This document shows, piece by piece, positions 1-9,865 of a stretch of 64,000 nt of DNA. The notes under the pieces were generated by a model. The model made no database searches. It was not told the DNA's origin and saw nothing but the letters and a program-made list of their open reading frames with translations. This DNA is from an uncultured Arcobacter sp. (GTDB lineage: Bacteria > Campylobacterota > Campylobacteria > Campylobacterales > Arcobacteraceae): positions 1,152,001 to 1,216,000 of the forward strand of contig OZ223300.1 of assembly GCA_965140705.1 (NCBI GenBank). Reading direction: 5' to 3'. Numbering within the stretch: the stretch's first letter is position 1; each line of letters starts with the position of its first letter. The translations under genes and the position numbers were made by a program.

Positions 1-1
1 T

Positions 2-1195
2 GTATTTGTTATTTTTTCATCATGGGGTGGTTCTTTACTAGCAAATGGACATGCTGCAGAAATTCCTGAGTGGGTTAAAAAAGAGATTGAGTGGGATGAT
101 ATTTTGCCCATATATAAAAATAAAGTACTCTCTTGGAATAAAAAATACTATTTTCTTCCTTATGATGGAGATTGTATTAATTTATATTATAGAAAAGATA
201 TTTTTGAAAATGAAGAGTATAAAAAAAGATTCAAAAATGAGTATGGGTATGATTTAGATATTCCAAAAACTTGGGCAGAGTATAAAGATATAGCCAAATT
301 TTTTAATGGCTGGGATTGGGATAATGATGGAAAAATTGAATATGGTTTTGCTGAAAGTAGAAAAAAAGGTTATGGAACAATGTTTGAATTTTTTGCAAGA
401 GCTGCTGCTTATGCAAAATATCCAGATAAAAAGGAGTTTTATTTTGATTCAAATATGAATCCCAAGATAAATAATCCAGCTTTTCTAAAAGCATTAACAG
501 AATATATAACTATTATGAAATATGCTCCTCCTCAAATAGATAATTTTGAACCAGCAGAGGTAAGACAAAGTTTTATTGGAGGAGATGTTGTTATGATTTT
601 GGATTGGGCAGATGCAGGTGCTATGGCTCAAAACTCAAAGGAAAGTATTGTCAAAAATAAAGTTGGATATGCAAAACTTCCAGGTTCAAATAGTGTTTAT
701 AACAGTTATACAAAAAATTGGGATGTAAGGTATAATGATCCCTCTTCTATAAGTGGAAATTGGGTAATAGTTGTAAATAAAGATGCAGTTAATAAAGAAT
801 TGGCATTTAAATTTGCTGCATATATGACATCCCAAAAAATGACATCAAAATATGTACCTATAGGTTCAAGTGGTATAAATCCTTCTAGATATTCACATCT
901 TCAAACAACTAATTTAGAACTTTGGGAAAGAAATGACTTCTCAAAAGAATCTGCAAAAGAGTATTTAAGTGTTATTTCTGAATCTTTAACTAATAAAAAC
1001 TCGATTAGTGATATTCGAATTCCTGGTGCAGATTTATATTATGAAGCCTTTGATAAATATTTAAATAAAGCAATTAAAAAAGAGATATCCCCAAAAGAAG
1101 CACTTGATTTGACAGCTAAAAAGTGGAATGAAATTACTCAAAAACTTGGACTTGATAAACAAATAAAACTTTATAAGGAATCTTTAAATGAGTGA
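2..1195 (+). CDS. Extracellular solute-binding protein, family 1 (sugar-binding type); 5'-truncated by window edge
   Basis: Frame is open from position 2 (VFVIFSSWGG...). Contains LPYDGD..LYYRKD and PKTWAEY motifs typical of SBP_bac_1/8. Stop overlaps the start of the kinase. Confidence 0.8.
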   Translation, partial: VFVIFSSWGGSLLANGHAAEIPEWVKKEIEWDDILPIYKNKVLSWNKKYYFLPYDGDCINLYYRKDIFENEEYKKRFKNEYGYDLDIPKTWAEYKDIAKFFNGWDWDNDGKIEYGFAESRKKGYGTMFEFFARAAAYAKYPDKKEFYFDSNMNPKINNPAFLKALTEYITIMKYAPPQIDNFEPAEVRQSFIGGDVVMILDWADAGAMAQNSKESIVKNKVGYAKLPGSNSVYNSYTKNWDVRYNDPSSISGNWVIVVNKDAVNKELAFKFAAYMTSQKMTSKYVPIGSSGINPSRYSHLQTTNLELWERNDFSKESAKEYLSVISESLTNKNSISDIRIPGADLYYEAFDKYLNKAIKKEISPKEALDLTAKKWNEITQKLGLDKQIKLYKESLNE

Positions 1196-3080
1196 ATTAA
1201 AGATAAAAGACATTAGTTTTTATAGTTTTATAGTACTTATTGCTGGATTACTTTTAACTAGTACAGTACTGTTTATTTCATTAAATAAAATAAAATTATT
1301 AAATGACCAATTATCAGTAATTTCAAAGGCAAAAAATAGTTTTTTAGAAGTTAAGATAAATAGTGAAAATCTTTTGATAACAAAAGATTTATCTGAATCT
1401 ATAAAATTATGGTCTATTTCTATTGAAAACTTTGATAAAGATTTCAAAAACTTATCTCCTGTACAAAAGAAAAGATTTGATAATTTGTGGTATGTAAGTA
1501 AAAAAGAGATAAAAGAGATAAAAAATATATTAAATTACAAAATCTTAGAACCTCAAAATTTGCATCAAAAATCTCTTCTTATGTTAAAAGGTGAAATGTT
1601 TGCCTTAAAAGATAGAAGTGAAATGTTTTTAGTCATAGACTCTTTAACAAAAAAAATGGAATTTTTATTTCAGTATGAGAGATTTATCTTAGAAGAGTTT
1701 AAACAAATTGACCATAAAGATAAGACTTATATATCTAAGCAAATAACTTTTACCACATATTATTCAATATTGTTTATAGTTTTTATTCTGTTTTTGACTA
1801 TTACTGTTATTTATTTTATGAATAAAAAAGTTCTAAAAATAGAACATAAACTAGTTATGGCACAAAAAAGTTTAAGTGAGAGTATTTTGGAGTTAAAAAA
1901 TTCTAGAATATTATTACAAAATATAATTGATTCTGTTCCTGCGGCTGTATTTTGGAAAGATAAAAATAATGTATATCTAGGTGCAAATAAATGTTTTTTA
2001 AGTGATGCGGGATGTGAAAAAGAAGAAGATATTTTAGGAAAAACAGATCGTGATATGCCTTGGGCAAAATCAGAAGCTTCAAAATACATAGCTGATGATG
2101 AAAGTGTAATGAATAGTGGAATTGCTAAGTTACAAATTGAAGAGACTCAAACTAATGCCCAAGGTAAAGTAATAAAAGTTTTAACATCAAAAGTTCCTTT
2201 AAAAAATACAAAAGATGAGATAATTGGAATACTTGGTATCTATATTGATATAACTGAAAAAGAAAAAATAGCAGAAGAGTTATTCCAAAAGGATAAACTA
2301 CTAGCACAGCAATCTAAAATGGCCTCAATGGGTGAAATGCTAGAGAATATAGCCCATCAATGGAGACAGCCTTTATCTTTTATTCTTACTAGTGCTACAG
2401 GAGTTAGATTAAAAAGTGATTATGAGTGTTTGGAAACTGAATTTTTACAAGAGTCTCTACTTGGTATTGAAAAAAGTGTAAAACATTTAAATAAAACTAT
2501 TGATGATTTTAGGAACTATTTTAAACCTGATAAAGAAGCAAAATATTTTGATATAAAATCAGTAGTAGATAATGCATTTTTATTGGTAGAATCAAAATTA
2601 AAAAACAAGTTGATACATGTTGTAAAAGAGATAGGTGAAGTAAAAGCATTTGGTTTTGAAAATGAGTTTATACAAGTTTTATTAAATATAATAAATAATG
2701 CAATAGATGAATTAGAAAATCTTGATTCAGACGAAAAATTAATATTTGTAAAAGCAGAAGAGATAGAAATTTGTGGGGAAGAGGTTTCAATAGAAGTTTC
2801 AAAATGCAGATGTATAGAGTTAAAAATATGTGATAGTGCAGGTGGGATTTCTAAATATATTATAGATAAAGTATTTGATGCATATTTTACTACAAAAGAT
2901 GAAGATAAAGGTACAGGAATTGGTTTATATATGTCAAGTGAAATGATAAAAAAACATATGAAAGGTTCTATTAGTGTTGCTAATAAAGTCTTCACATATA
3001 ATGAAAAAGAGCATAAGGGTGCAGAATTCACTATTTTAATTCCTGCCGAAGATTATATTTTAAATAATGAGAATGAGTAA
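1188..3080 (+). CDS. Membrane PAS-domain sensor histidine kinase
   Basis: Two TM segments, PAS/PAC (VFWKD..YLGAN), H-box ENIAHQWRQP, N-box NIINNAID, G-boxes DSAGGI and GTGIGLY. Confidence 0.9.
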   Translation: MSELKIKDISFYSFIVLIAGLLLTSTVLFISLNKIKLLNDQLSVISKAKNSFLEVKINSENLLITKDLSESIKLWSISIENFDKDFKNLSPVQKKRFDNLWYVSKKEIKEIKNILNYKILEPQNLHQKSLLMLKGEMFALKDRSEMFLVIDSLTKKMEFLFQYERFILEEFKQIDHKDKTYISKQITFTTYYSILFIVFILFLTITVIYFMNKKVLKIEHKLVMAQKSLSESILELKNSRILLQNIIDSVPAAVFWKDKNNVYLGANKCFLSDAGCEKEEDILGKTDRDMPWAKSEASKYIADDESVMNSGIAKLQIEETQTNAQGKVIKVLTSKVPLKNTKDEIIGILGIYIDITEKEKIAEELFQKDKLLAQQSKMASMGEMLENIAHQWRQPLSFILTSATGVRLKSDYECLETEFLQESLLGIEKSVKHLNKTIDDFRNYFKPDKEAKYFDIKSVVDNAFLLVESKLKNKLIHVVKEIGEVKAFGFENEFIQVLLNIINNAIDELENLDSDEKLIFVKAEEIEICGEEVSIEVSKCRCIELKICDSAGGISKYIIDKVFDAYFTTKDEDKGTGIGLYMSSEMIKKHMKGSISVANKVFTYNEKEHKGAEFTILIPAEDYILNNENE

Positions 3081-3089
3081 AGATAATAT

Positions 3090-3839
3090 ATGACAGAAAA
3101 GTTTGATTTCACAATGATAGTTTTAAAAAATGATAAGTACGATGGTTCAATAATTGACACTACAACAATACCAAAAAATATAGAAGAGTTTGAAAAAGAC
3201 TTACTTTTGATTCTTGAAAACTTAGAAAACAAAAAATTATTATGGATAAAACTAATGATTGAAGAATCAAGTTTAATTTCCATCCTTACAAAGCATGGGT
3301 TTGTTTTTCACCACTGTAATGAGAGAGATATTACTTTAGTGAAAAAGCTCATTCAAAAACCTGTGATTCCAACTGCCACAAATCATACTTTAGGAGTAGG
3401 GGCAGTTGTAATTGATAACAACAAATTGTTAGTTATCAAAGATAAAATTTATCAAGGATATAAACTTCCTGGTGGTCATATTGATGATAGTGAGAATATT
3501 ACTAGTGCTTTGATTAGAGAAGTATATGAAGAGACAGGTATAAATATTAAATTTGATTCCATAATAAGTCTAAGACATATCTCTCCTGGTCAGTTTAATG
3601 AATCAAATCTTTATCTTGTATGTCGTGCTACTGCTTTATCAAAAGAGATAAATATAATAGACACAGATGAAATACTAGAAGCTAAATGGATAGATGTGGA
3701 TACTTATTTAAACCTTGATGATGTTCATCCTTTTAATAAAAAGATAGTAAAAACTGCTTTGGAAAATGAAGGGTTTAAAATAATTGATAGTGAAAATTTG
3801 ATTCATAGAAAAGATTTAAACTATGAAATATTTTTTTAA
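3090..3839 (+). CDS. NUDIX hydrolase with N-terminal extension (NUDT6-like)
   Basis: Nudix box GGHIDDSENITSALIREVYEETG; GFVFHH N-terminal motif. Confidence 0.85.
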   Translation: MTEKFDFTMIVLKNDKYDGSIIDTTTIPKNIEEFEKDLLLILENLENKKLLWIKLMIEESSLISILTKHGFVFHHCNERDITLVKKLIQKPVIPTATNHTLGVGAVVIDNNKLLVIKDKIYQGYKLPGGHIDDSENITSALIREVYEETGINIKFDSIISLRHISPGQFNESNLYLVCRATALSKEINIIDTDEILEAKWIDVDTYLNLDDVHPFNKKIVKTALENEGFKIIDSENLIHRKDLNYEIFF

Positions 3840-3840
3840 T

Positions 3841-3870
3841 ATATAAGTAAGGAGATTCCTTACTTATATA
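3841..3870. terminator. Bidirectional intrinsic terminator between convergent genes
   Basis: Inverted repeat ATATAAGTAAGGA-gat-TCCTTACTTATAT between two stop codons. Confidence 0.7.
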
Positions 3871-3872
3871 AT

Positions 3873-5321
3873 TTATTGTTTGTTCATATCATATTGTAAA
3901 TATACAACTTTTGTTTGTAAGAACTCTTCTAAACCATGTTTACCATCAGCTCCACCAATACCAGATTTTCTCCATCCGGCATGGAATCCTTGCATTGCTT
4001 CGAAGTTTTCTCTATTGATATATGTTTCACCAAATTTTATCTCTTTGCAAGCTCTCATTGCCACATCTATATTTTGAGTATAAATAGATGAGGTCAAGCC
4101 AAACTCACTATCATTTGCTAAAGCAATAGCTTCATCAAGTGTTTCAAAAGTCATAATAGGAAGTACTGGTCCAAATATCTCTTCTTGGATGATAGCCATA
4201 TCTTGTTTTATATCCACTAGAACGGTTGGTTCGTAATAAAAACCATCATCTCTTTCTGATCTTTTTCCACCAGTTGTAATAGTTGCTCCTTCTTCTACCG
4301 CACTATCAATTAGGCTTTGAACATGATTAATTGCATCTTCATTAATAAGTGGTCCCATATCAACTTCTTCTTTTAGTGGATTACCATAAGTTGTAGCTTC
4401 CATAGCTTTTGTCATTTTTTCAGTAAATTCACTTGCTATACTTTTGTGTACATAAACTCTTTCTGCACAATTACAAACTTGCCCATTATTTATAACTCTT
4501 GAGTTTTTAATTGCTTCAACTGCTAAGTCTAAATTTGCGTCTGCCATTACAATAGCTGGAGCTTTTCCACCAAGTTCTAGTGATACTTTTGTCACATTTT
4601 TAGCAGCTGCTTCCATGATTTTAACTCCAGTTGGTACACTCCCTGTGAAACTTACAATTCCAACCTTATCATGACCTGCAAGTGGAGCTCCCACTTCAGC
4701 TCCTGTTCCACTTATTAGATTAAATACTCCTTTAGGAAGTCCAACTTCATCTACTAATTTTGCAAATTCAAAGGCATTGTTTGGTGTATCGCTACTAGGT
4801 TTTATAACTATAGTATTTCCTGTTAAAAGTGCTGGGGCTAATTTTCTAGCAATTAAGAAAAATGGAAAGTTCCATGGTAAAATACCAGCTGCCACTCCTA
4901 TTGGTAGTTTAAATAAAAAGATATTTTCATTTGGTCTATCACTTTGGATAATCTCTCCTTCATATCTTCTAGCCCATTCTGCCATATAGTCCATATAATC
5001 AGCTGTAAAATTAACTTCAACAAGAGCTAGACCTAAAACTTTTCCCTGCTCTTCTGTTATAACTCTTGCCAACATATCAGCATTTTCTCTAATCTTTTGT
5101 GCAATCTTTTTAAGATAACTAGCTCGCTCAACTGCTGGTAGTTTTTCCCATGAACTTTGAGCTTCTTGGGCTGATTCAACAGCTTGATTAACATCGTCTT
5201 CTGTTCCCCTTGGGATATAAGAGATAATTTGTTTATCTGATGGATTAATAACTGGTTCTTTTTCAACATGATTGATAAACTCACCATTTATGTACATTTG
5301 GTAGACTTTTGCTTCTGACAT
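3873..5321 (-). CDS. aldA: Aldehyde dehydrogenase A (lactaldehyde/glycolaldehyde dehydrogenase family)
   Basis: EWARRYEGEIIQSDRP, LELGGKAP, GQVCNCAE and NRENFEAMQGFHAGWRKSG are AldA-like. Start moved to MSEAK (5321), which has a GGAG SD. Confidence 0.88.
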   Translation of the reverse strand: MSEAKVYQMYINGEFINHVEKEPVINPSDKQIISYIPRGTEDDVNQAVESAQEAQSSWEKLPAVERASYLKKIAQKIRENADMLARVITEEQGKVLGLALVEVNFTADYMDYMAEWARRYEGEIIQSDRPNENIFLFKLPIGVAAGILPWNFPFFLIARKLAPALLTGNTIVIKPSSDTPNNAFEFAKLVDEVGLPKGVFNLISGTGAEVGAPLAGHDKVGIVSFTGSVPTGVKIMEAAAKNVTKVSLELGGKAPAIVMADANLDLAVEAIKNSRVINNGQVCNCAERVYVHKSIASEFTEKMTKAMEATTYGNPLKEEVDMGPLINEDAINHVQSLIDSAVEEGATITTGGKRSERDDGFYYEPTVLVDIKQDMAIIQEEIFGPVLPIMTFETLDEAIALANDSEFGLTSSIYTQNIDVAMRACKEIKFGETYINRENFEAMQGFHAGWRKSGIGGADGKHGLEEFLQTKVVYLQYDMNKQ

Positions 5322-5513
5322 AATATTCTCCTTTAGATTGTTATAATTGCGTAATGAATATGTTACTCTCTCATAGTTAATAGATAATAAATATGGATTA
5401 ATTAACATTTATAATTCAGATTATAAGTTTTATTTTAAAGAATATATTAATAAAATGTGAAGATTAAAGAAAATGAAGTTAAAATTATATAATAAATATA
5501 TAAAAGAGAATAA

Positions 5514-6464
5514 ATGAAATATAAAATATTTGTAGATGGACAATTTGGAACAACAGGATTAAAAATCCATGAAATGCTAAAGGATAGAGAAGAACTTGAA
5601 ATTTTGACAATTTCAGAAGATGATAAAAAAGATATTGATGTTAAAACTAAGTTATTAAATGAAGCTGACTTAGTATTTTTATGTTTACCTGATGTTGCTT
5701 CAAAAGAGTCTGTAAAACTTATAACAAATGAAAAGACAAAAGTAATAGATGCAAGTACAGCACATAGAACAAATGAAGATTGGACTTATGGAATTGCTGA
5801 ATTAACTCCTACACAAAGAGAAAAAATAAAAAATTCCAATAGAGTTTGTGTGCCAGGTTGCCATGCAAGTGGTTTTATTATGGCTATGAAACCATTAATT
5901 GAAAATGAAATAGTTTCACCAAAGAATAGAATTGTATGCCACTCAATCACAGGATATAGTGGTGGAGGAAGAGGTTTAATTGATGTATATGAAGATCCTA
6001 AAAATGAAGGAAAATTTTTAAGTCAAAGACCTTATGCTTTGGGATTATCTCATAAACATTTACCTGAGATGAAATATGTTTTAGGATTAAAACATGCTCC
6101 TTTTTTCACTCCAAGTGTTGGTAATTTTGATCAAGGTATGCTTGTAATGTCTTATTTAATAAAAAGTGAACTTTTAAATAAAAAAATTACTAAAAATGAA
6201 ATAGTAGACTTATATAAAGAGTACTACAAAGGTGAGCAGTTTGTAAAAATTATTGAAGATGATTTTGAGTATCTTGATGATGGATTTTTAGATGCAATGA
6301 AGTGCAACAATACAAATAGAATCGAAATCTCAGTTTATGAAAGTGAAGATTATATACTTGTAATCTCTAGACTTGATAATCTAGGAAAAGGTGCTTCAGG
6401 AGCTGCTGTTCAAAATATGAATATCATGTTAGGACTTGATGAAAAGCTGGGCTTAAAGCTATAA
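5514..6464 (+). CDS. argC: N-acetyl-gamma-glutamyl-phosphate reductase, type 2 (short) form
   Basis: FVDGQFGTTGL, DASTAHRT, PGCH, GYSGGG, DNLGKGASGAAVQNMN. Confidence 0.9.
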   Translation: MKYKIFVDGQFGTTGLKIHEMLKDREELEILTISEDDKKDIDVKTKLLNEADLVFLCLPDVASKESVKLITNEKTKVIDASTAHRTNEDWTYGIAELTPTQREKIKNSNRVCVPGCHASGFIMAMKPLIENEIVSPKNRIVCHSITGYSGGGRGLIDVYEDPKNEGKFLSQRPYALGLSHKHLPEMKYVLGLKHAPFFTPSVGNFDQGMLVMSYLIKSELLNKKITKNEIVDLYKEYYKGEQFVKIIEDDFEYLDDGFLDAMKCNNTNRIEISVYESEDYILVISRLDNLGKGASGAAVQNMNIMLGLDEKLGLKL

Positions 6465-7073
6465 ATGTCAAATCAAAAGGAAGAGCTTGATTGTTTTAAA
6501 CAGTTAAGAGAAGTTTGTAAAATATATCAAGACTTTTCCAATGACTCTTTTGAAGAATTAAAAAATATAAGTTTTTTAAAAGAGGTAAAAAAAGGTGACG
6601 TTTTACAAGATGTTTATTCACCTGCTAAATATATCTACTTTATCTGTAAAGGTATTTTACGCACCTTCTTTTTAAATTCCGATGGTGCTATTTATACTAA
6701 AAATCTATTTTCCGAAAACTATTTTTCTGCTTCAAAGGTTTCACTTCTTACAGAGGAAGATTCATATCTTTGTATTGATGCTTTGGAGGACTCTATTTTA
6801 ATATGTATTGATTTTAAAGAGTACAAAAAGCTAATAGAAAAAAACGATGAGTTTAAAAACTTTTATATAAATTATCTAGAAAGAAATTGGGTAATAGTAA
6901 AAGAGAAAAATGAGATATCTTTAATACTTGATGATGCAAGTATAAGATATGAAAATTTTATAAAAAATAATCCAAATATAGAAAATAGAATTCCACTTCA
7001 CCATATAGCAAACCATCTTGGCATAACTCCTACACAGTTAAGTAGAATTAGAAAAAAGAGTAAAAAAGATTAA
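6465..7073 (+). CDS. Crp/Fnr-family transcriptional regulator
   Basis: cNMP-binding beta-roll and C-terminal HTH IANHLGITPTQLSRIRK. Confidence 0.85.
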   Translation: MSNQKEELDCFKQLREVCKIYQDFSNDSFEELKNISFLKEVKKGDVLQDVYSPAKYIYFICKGILRTFFLNSDGAIYTKNLFSENYFSASKVSLLTEEDSYLCIDALEDSILICIDFKEYKKLIEKNDEFKNFYINYLERNWVIVKEKNEISLILDDASIRYENFIKNNPNIENRIPLHHIANHLGITPTQLSRIRKKSKKD

Positions 7074-7780
7074 TCAATCACTCTTATAAATATATGTACA
7101 TTTCTATTTTTATTAAATGGTATTTCATTTAATTCAAGATAATCCAATGATTTCATTAGTTTTCCATATTTATCAAAACCATAGGTTCTTGGGTCAAAAG
7201 AGGGGTAGTTTTTATTTATATGTTTTACTACTGCTGATAAATTTGCCCAGTCATCATCATCTGATACAGCCATTACAGCTTTTGTGATTATATCTTTTAA
7301 TTTATTTTGTTCATTATTTGTTTGTGGTACTTCTTTTACTTCTCTTAAATTTTCTGTATAAACAAACTTATCACATGCTGAGATAAATGCTTCTGGTGTT
7401 TTTTGCTCACCAAAGCCATATACTTTTAGACCTGATTCTCTAATTCTTGTAGCCAATCTTGTGAAGTCACTATCAGATGAGATTATACAAAAACCATCAA
7501 GTCGATTTTCATGTAATATATCCATAGCATCAATTATTAGCGATGAGTCCGTTGCATTTTTCCCATTTGTATAACTAAATTGTTGAATAGGTTGTATTGC
7601 ATGTGTATGCAAATGTTCTTTCCAACCTTTTAGTTGAGAAGTTGTCCAGTCCCCATAAGCTCTTTTTATATTTGTAATCCCAAATTTTGCTATCTCTTCT
7701 AATAATTCAGAGATAACAGATGCTTGTGCATTATCTGCATCAATCAAGACTGCTAATTTGTCTGTACTCATTTCATCCAT
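7070..7780 (-). CDS. NYN (LabA/DUF88 PIN-like) domain protein with C-terminal OST-HTH/LOTUS domain
   Basis: LIDADN, RAYGDW, GKNATD, SSDSDFTRLA; C-terminal FDPRTYGF. Confidence 0.88.
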   Translation of the reverse strand: MDEMSTDKLAVLIDADNAQASVISELLEEIAKFGITNIKRAYGDWTTSQLKGWKEHLHTHAIQPIQQFSYTNGKNATDSSLIIDAMDILHENRLDGFCIISSDSDFTRLATRIRESGLKVYGFGEQKTPEAFISACDKFVYTENLREVKEVPQTNNEQNKLKDIITKAVMAVSDDDDWANLSAVVKHINKNYPSFDPRTYGFDKYGKLMKSLDYLELNEIPFNKNRNVHIFIRVID

Positions 7781-7818
7781 TTTATTAAATCCTTTATATT
7801 AAATATTATACCTAATTA

Positions 7819-8997
7819 CTAAGCAATTTTATTTAATAGGGTTTTTTCTTCACTTGTAAAACATTTATGAGGATATTCTACTTGTCGATTTTGAAAAGAA
7901 AGAATAGATTTATTTAAAATAACTCCAGAATCAATATTTATAGCTTGTTTAATAGTATCATTTTTATACCAAGCTTCTCTTCCTGCTAATACAGTTGGTA
8001 AATATACAATTAAAGCTGCTGAAATAGAGCGTGTCGCACTCTCCCAAAGATAACTTGGAGTATGATCAACTGCATAATAATCTACACATTTATGTTTAAA
8101 TATCGGGTTTTTAAATGTAGTTGGTTTTGCAAAATAGAATCCCATTCCTTCATCACAACTAACATCTATGATTAAACTATCAGCTTTTAAGCATGAACTC
8201 TCTTCTTTAATAATAAAATCAGTAGGATTTGCTGTATCTTGAAACACACCATTTACGATAATATCAGCTTCACTAATTAAGTCTGAAAGTGGACGAATAG
8301 AACCATCATGTTCTACTACAACCATCCGCGCTTCATTTTCATCACCTTCTTGAATTCTTACATAATGGCAGTCAAGTACTTCTTCTCTTACTTCATTATC
8401 TGGTCGTTGTACGCAAATAGTAATATCTCTAAAACCATGGGCTTTTAGAGCATAAATAGCACCACGGCTAACTGCACCAAAACCAAATATAACTATTTTA
8501 CGCTGATTTCCATAGTGACCATCTATGCCTTTTAATTGTAAAGCATGAATAACTGCACAATATCCTGCCATCTCATTATTTTTATAAAAGGTGTGTCGAC
8601 CAACTTGTCCCTCTTTTGACCAAATAAACATATCTTCAAAGGCAATAAGTGTTTGTTTGCGTTCTATTGCTATTTGGGTTATCTCTTCTTGTTGTACGCA
8701 ATGTACATATCCCCAAAGTGTTCCACCAACTTTTAGCTCTTTTAAATCAGCTAATACAGGTTTATTGATAATTACTGTACCAATATTTGCTAATAAATTA
8801 TGTCTTGTATCAATACCACCACTTAATGATGCAATTTCTTCATCTGAAATACCAAAGGGAGATCCATAACCCTCTTCAAATATTAGTTGTTCTCGTAATT
8901 CTTTTGGTATACGTGATAAATGTTTTGGATGTATTGGAAGCCTTCTTTCATCTATTTTTTTTGAAGTTCCAATAACTCCTACTTTTAACTTATGCAT
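7819..8997 (-). CDS. N(5)-(carboxyethyl)ornithine synthase-like protein (AlaDh/PNT family)
   Basis: ERRLPIHP, EEGYG, WGYVHCVQ, NNEMAGY, GFGAVSRGA, DVSCD and YAVDHTPS match the CEOS family. Confidence 0.8.
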   Translation of the reverse strand: MHKLKVGVIGTSKKIDERRLPIHPKHLSRIPKELREQLIFEEGYGSPFGISDEEIASLSGGIDTRHNLLANIGTVIINKPVLADLKELKVGGTLWGYVHCVQQEEITQIAIERKQTLIAFEDMFIWSKEGQVGRHTFYKNNEMAGYCAVIHALQLKGIDGHYGNQRKIVIFGFGAVSRGAIYALKAHGFRDITICVQRPDNEVREEVLDCHYVRIQEGDENEARMVVVEHDGSIRPLSDLISEADIIVNGVFQDTANPTDFIIKEESSCLKADSLIIDVSCDEGMGFYFAKPTTFKNPIFKHKCVDYYAVDHTPSYLWESATRSISAALIVYLPTVLAGREAWYKNDTIKQAINIDSGVILNKSILSFQNRQVEYPHKCFTSEEKTLLNKIA

Positions 8998-9024
8998 GTT
9001 TTGATTTCCTTTTAATTTGATTTA

Positions 9025-9588
9025 TTATTTAGTCTTTCTCATATTCCAAAAACTTCTTTTACTTATAAAGTCTGGACCATCATATACACTTTTTAAATCA
9101 GATACAGTATATACAGCTTTATTATCAAGTTTATTTATTAATTGAATAAGTTCAGGGATATTTCTTCTTTTTTCAACGATAAATAAAACTTCCACAGGTT
9201 TGTCTTCCCCCATATCTCCATCGACTGAAACAACTTTAAATCCCTCTTCTCGTATCTTGTCTGCTAAAATATCACGATTGAAAGAGATACAACGAATAAG
9301 TTCTTTACCAATAGCAAATCGATTTTCAATCCACATTCCCACATAAATACCACTAGCAAAACCAGCAGAATAAGCAAAAGCTAAATGCCATTGGTCAAGA
9401 TGTTTAAAAACTTGACCAGCTGCTATTAACCAAATGATGATTTCAAAAAAACCAATTGCCGATGCTAATAATTTATAGCCACGAAATATAACAATGGTAC
9501 GAAATGTTCCTAAAGAAACATCAGCAACCCTTGACAGAAATATAAGTAGTGCTAAGACATAAGGGTATTGCGCTATAAATTCAGACAT
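9025..9588 (-). CDS. UPF0316 (DUF5698/DUF2179, YebE-like) membrane protein
   Basis: RVADVSLGTFRTI, GFFEIIIW, AGFASGIYVGMWIE; three TMs plus a PII-like C-terminal domain. Confidence 0.8.
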   Translation of the reverse strand: MSEFIAQYPYVLALLIFLSRVADVSLGTFRTIVIFRGYKLLASAIGFFEIIIWLIAAGQVFKHLDQWHLAFAYSAGFASGIYVGMWIENRFAIGKELIRCISFNRDILADKIREEGFKVVSVDGDMGEDKPVEVLFIVEKRRNIPELIQLINKLDNKAVYTVSDLKSVYDGPDFISKRSFWNMRKTK

Positions 9589-9820
9589 TTTTGTCTCTTG
9601 TTTTGTTCATTTATTGATTTCCTTTAAGAAATTCTATAGGTATAACTTTATGAACGATGTATCAGTTTCGAAGATATGTCTATTTTTGTTTTGCTCTGTT
9701 TTAGATGTTTAAGAGTTTTAATTTTATACAAGTAACGGGGTATCAAGCCTAAGAAGCGACTTTCAAATTAGTGTAATACACGATTATTATTTGAGTTTAT
9801 CTGAATAAAATTTTTATTGC

Positions 9821-9846
9821 AAGCTCCTTAAGATTTTAAGGGGCTT
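9821..9846. terminator. Putative terminator hairpin downstream of the 2-hydroxyacid dehydrogenase
   Basis: AAGCTCCTTAA...TTAAGGGGCTT inverted repeat. Confidence 0.5.
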
Positions 9847-9865
9847 ATTAATTAATGCTAGATAA

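Noticed and set aside
7070..7780. NYN-domain gene as part of an anti-phage island
   Set aside because: It stands alone with no other defence genes nearby; LabA/DUF88-OST proteins are widespread.
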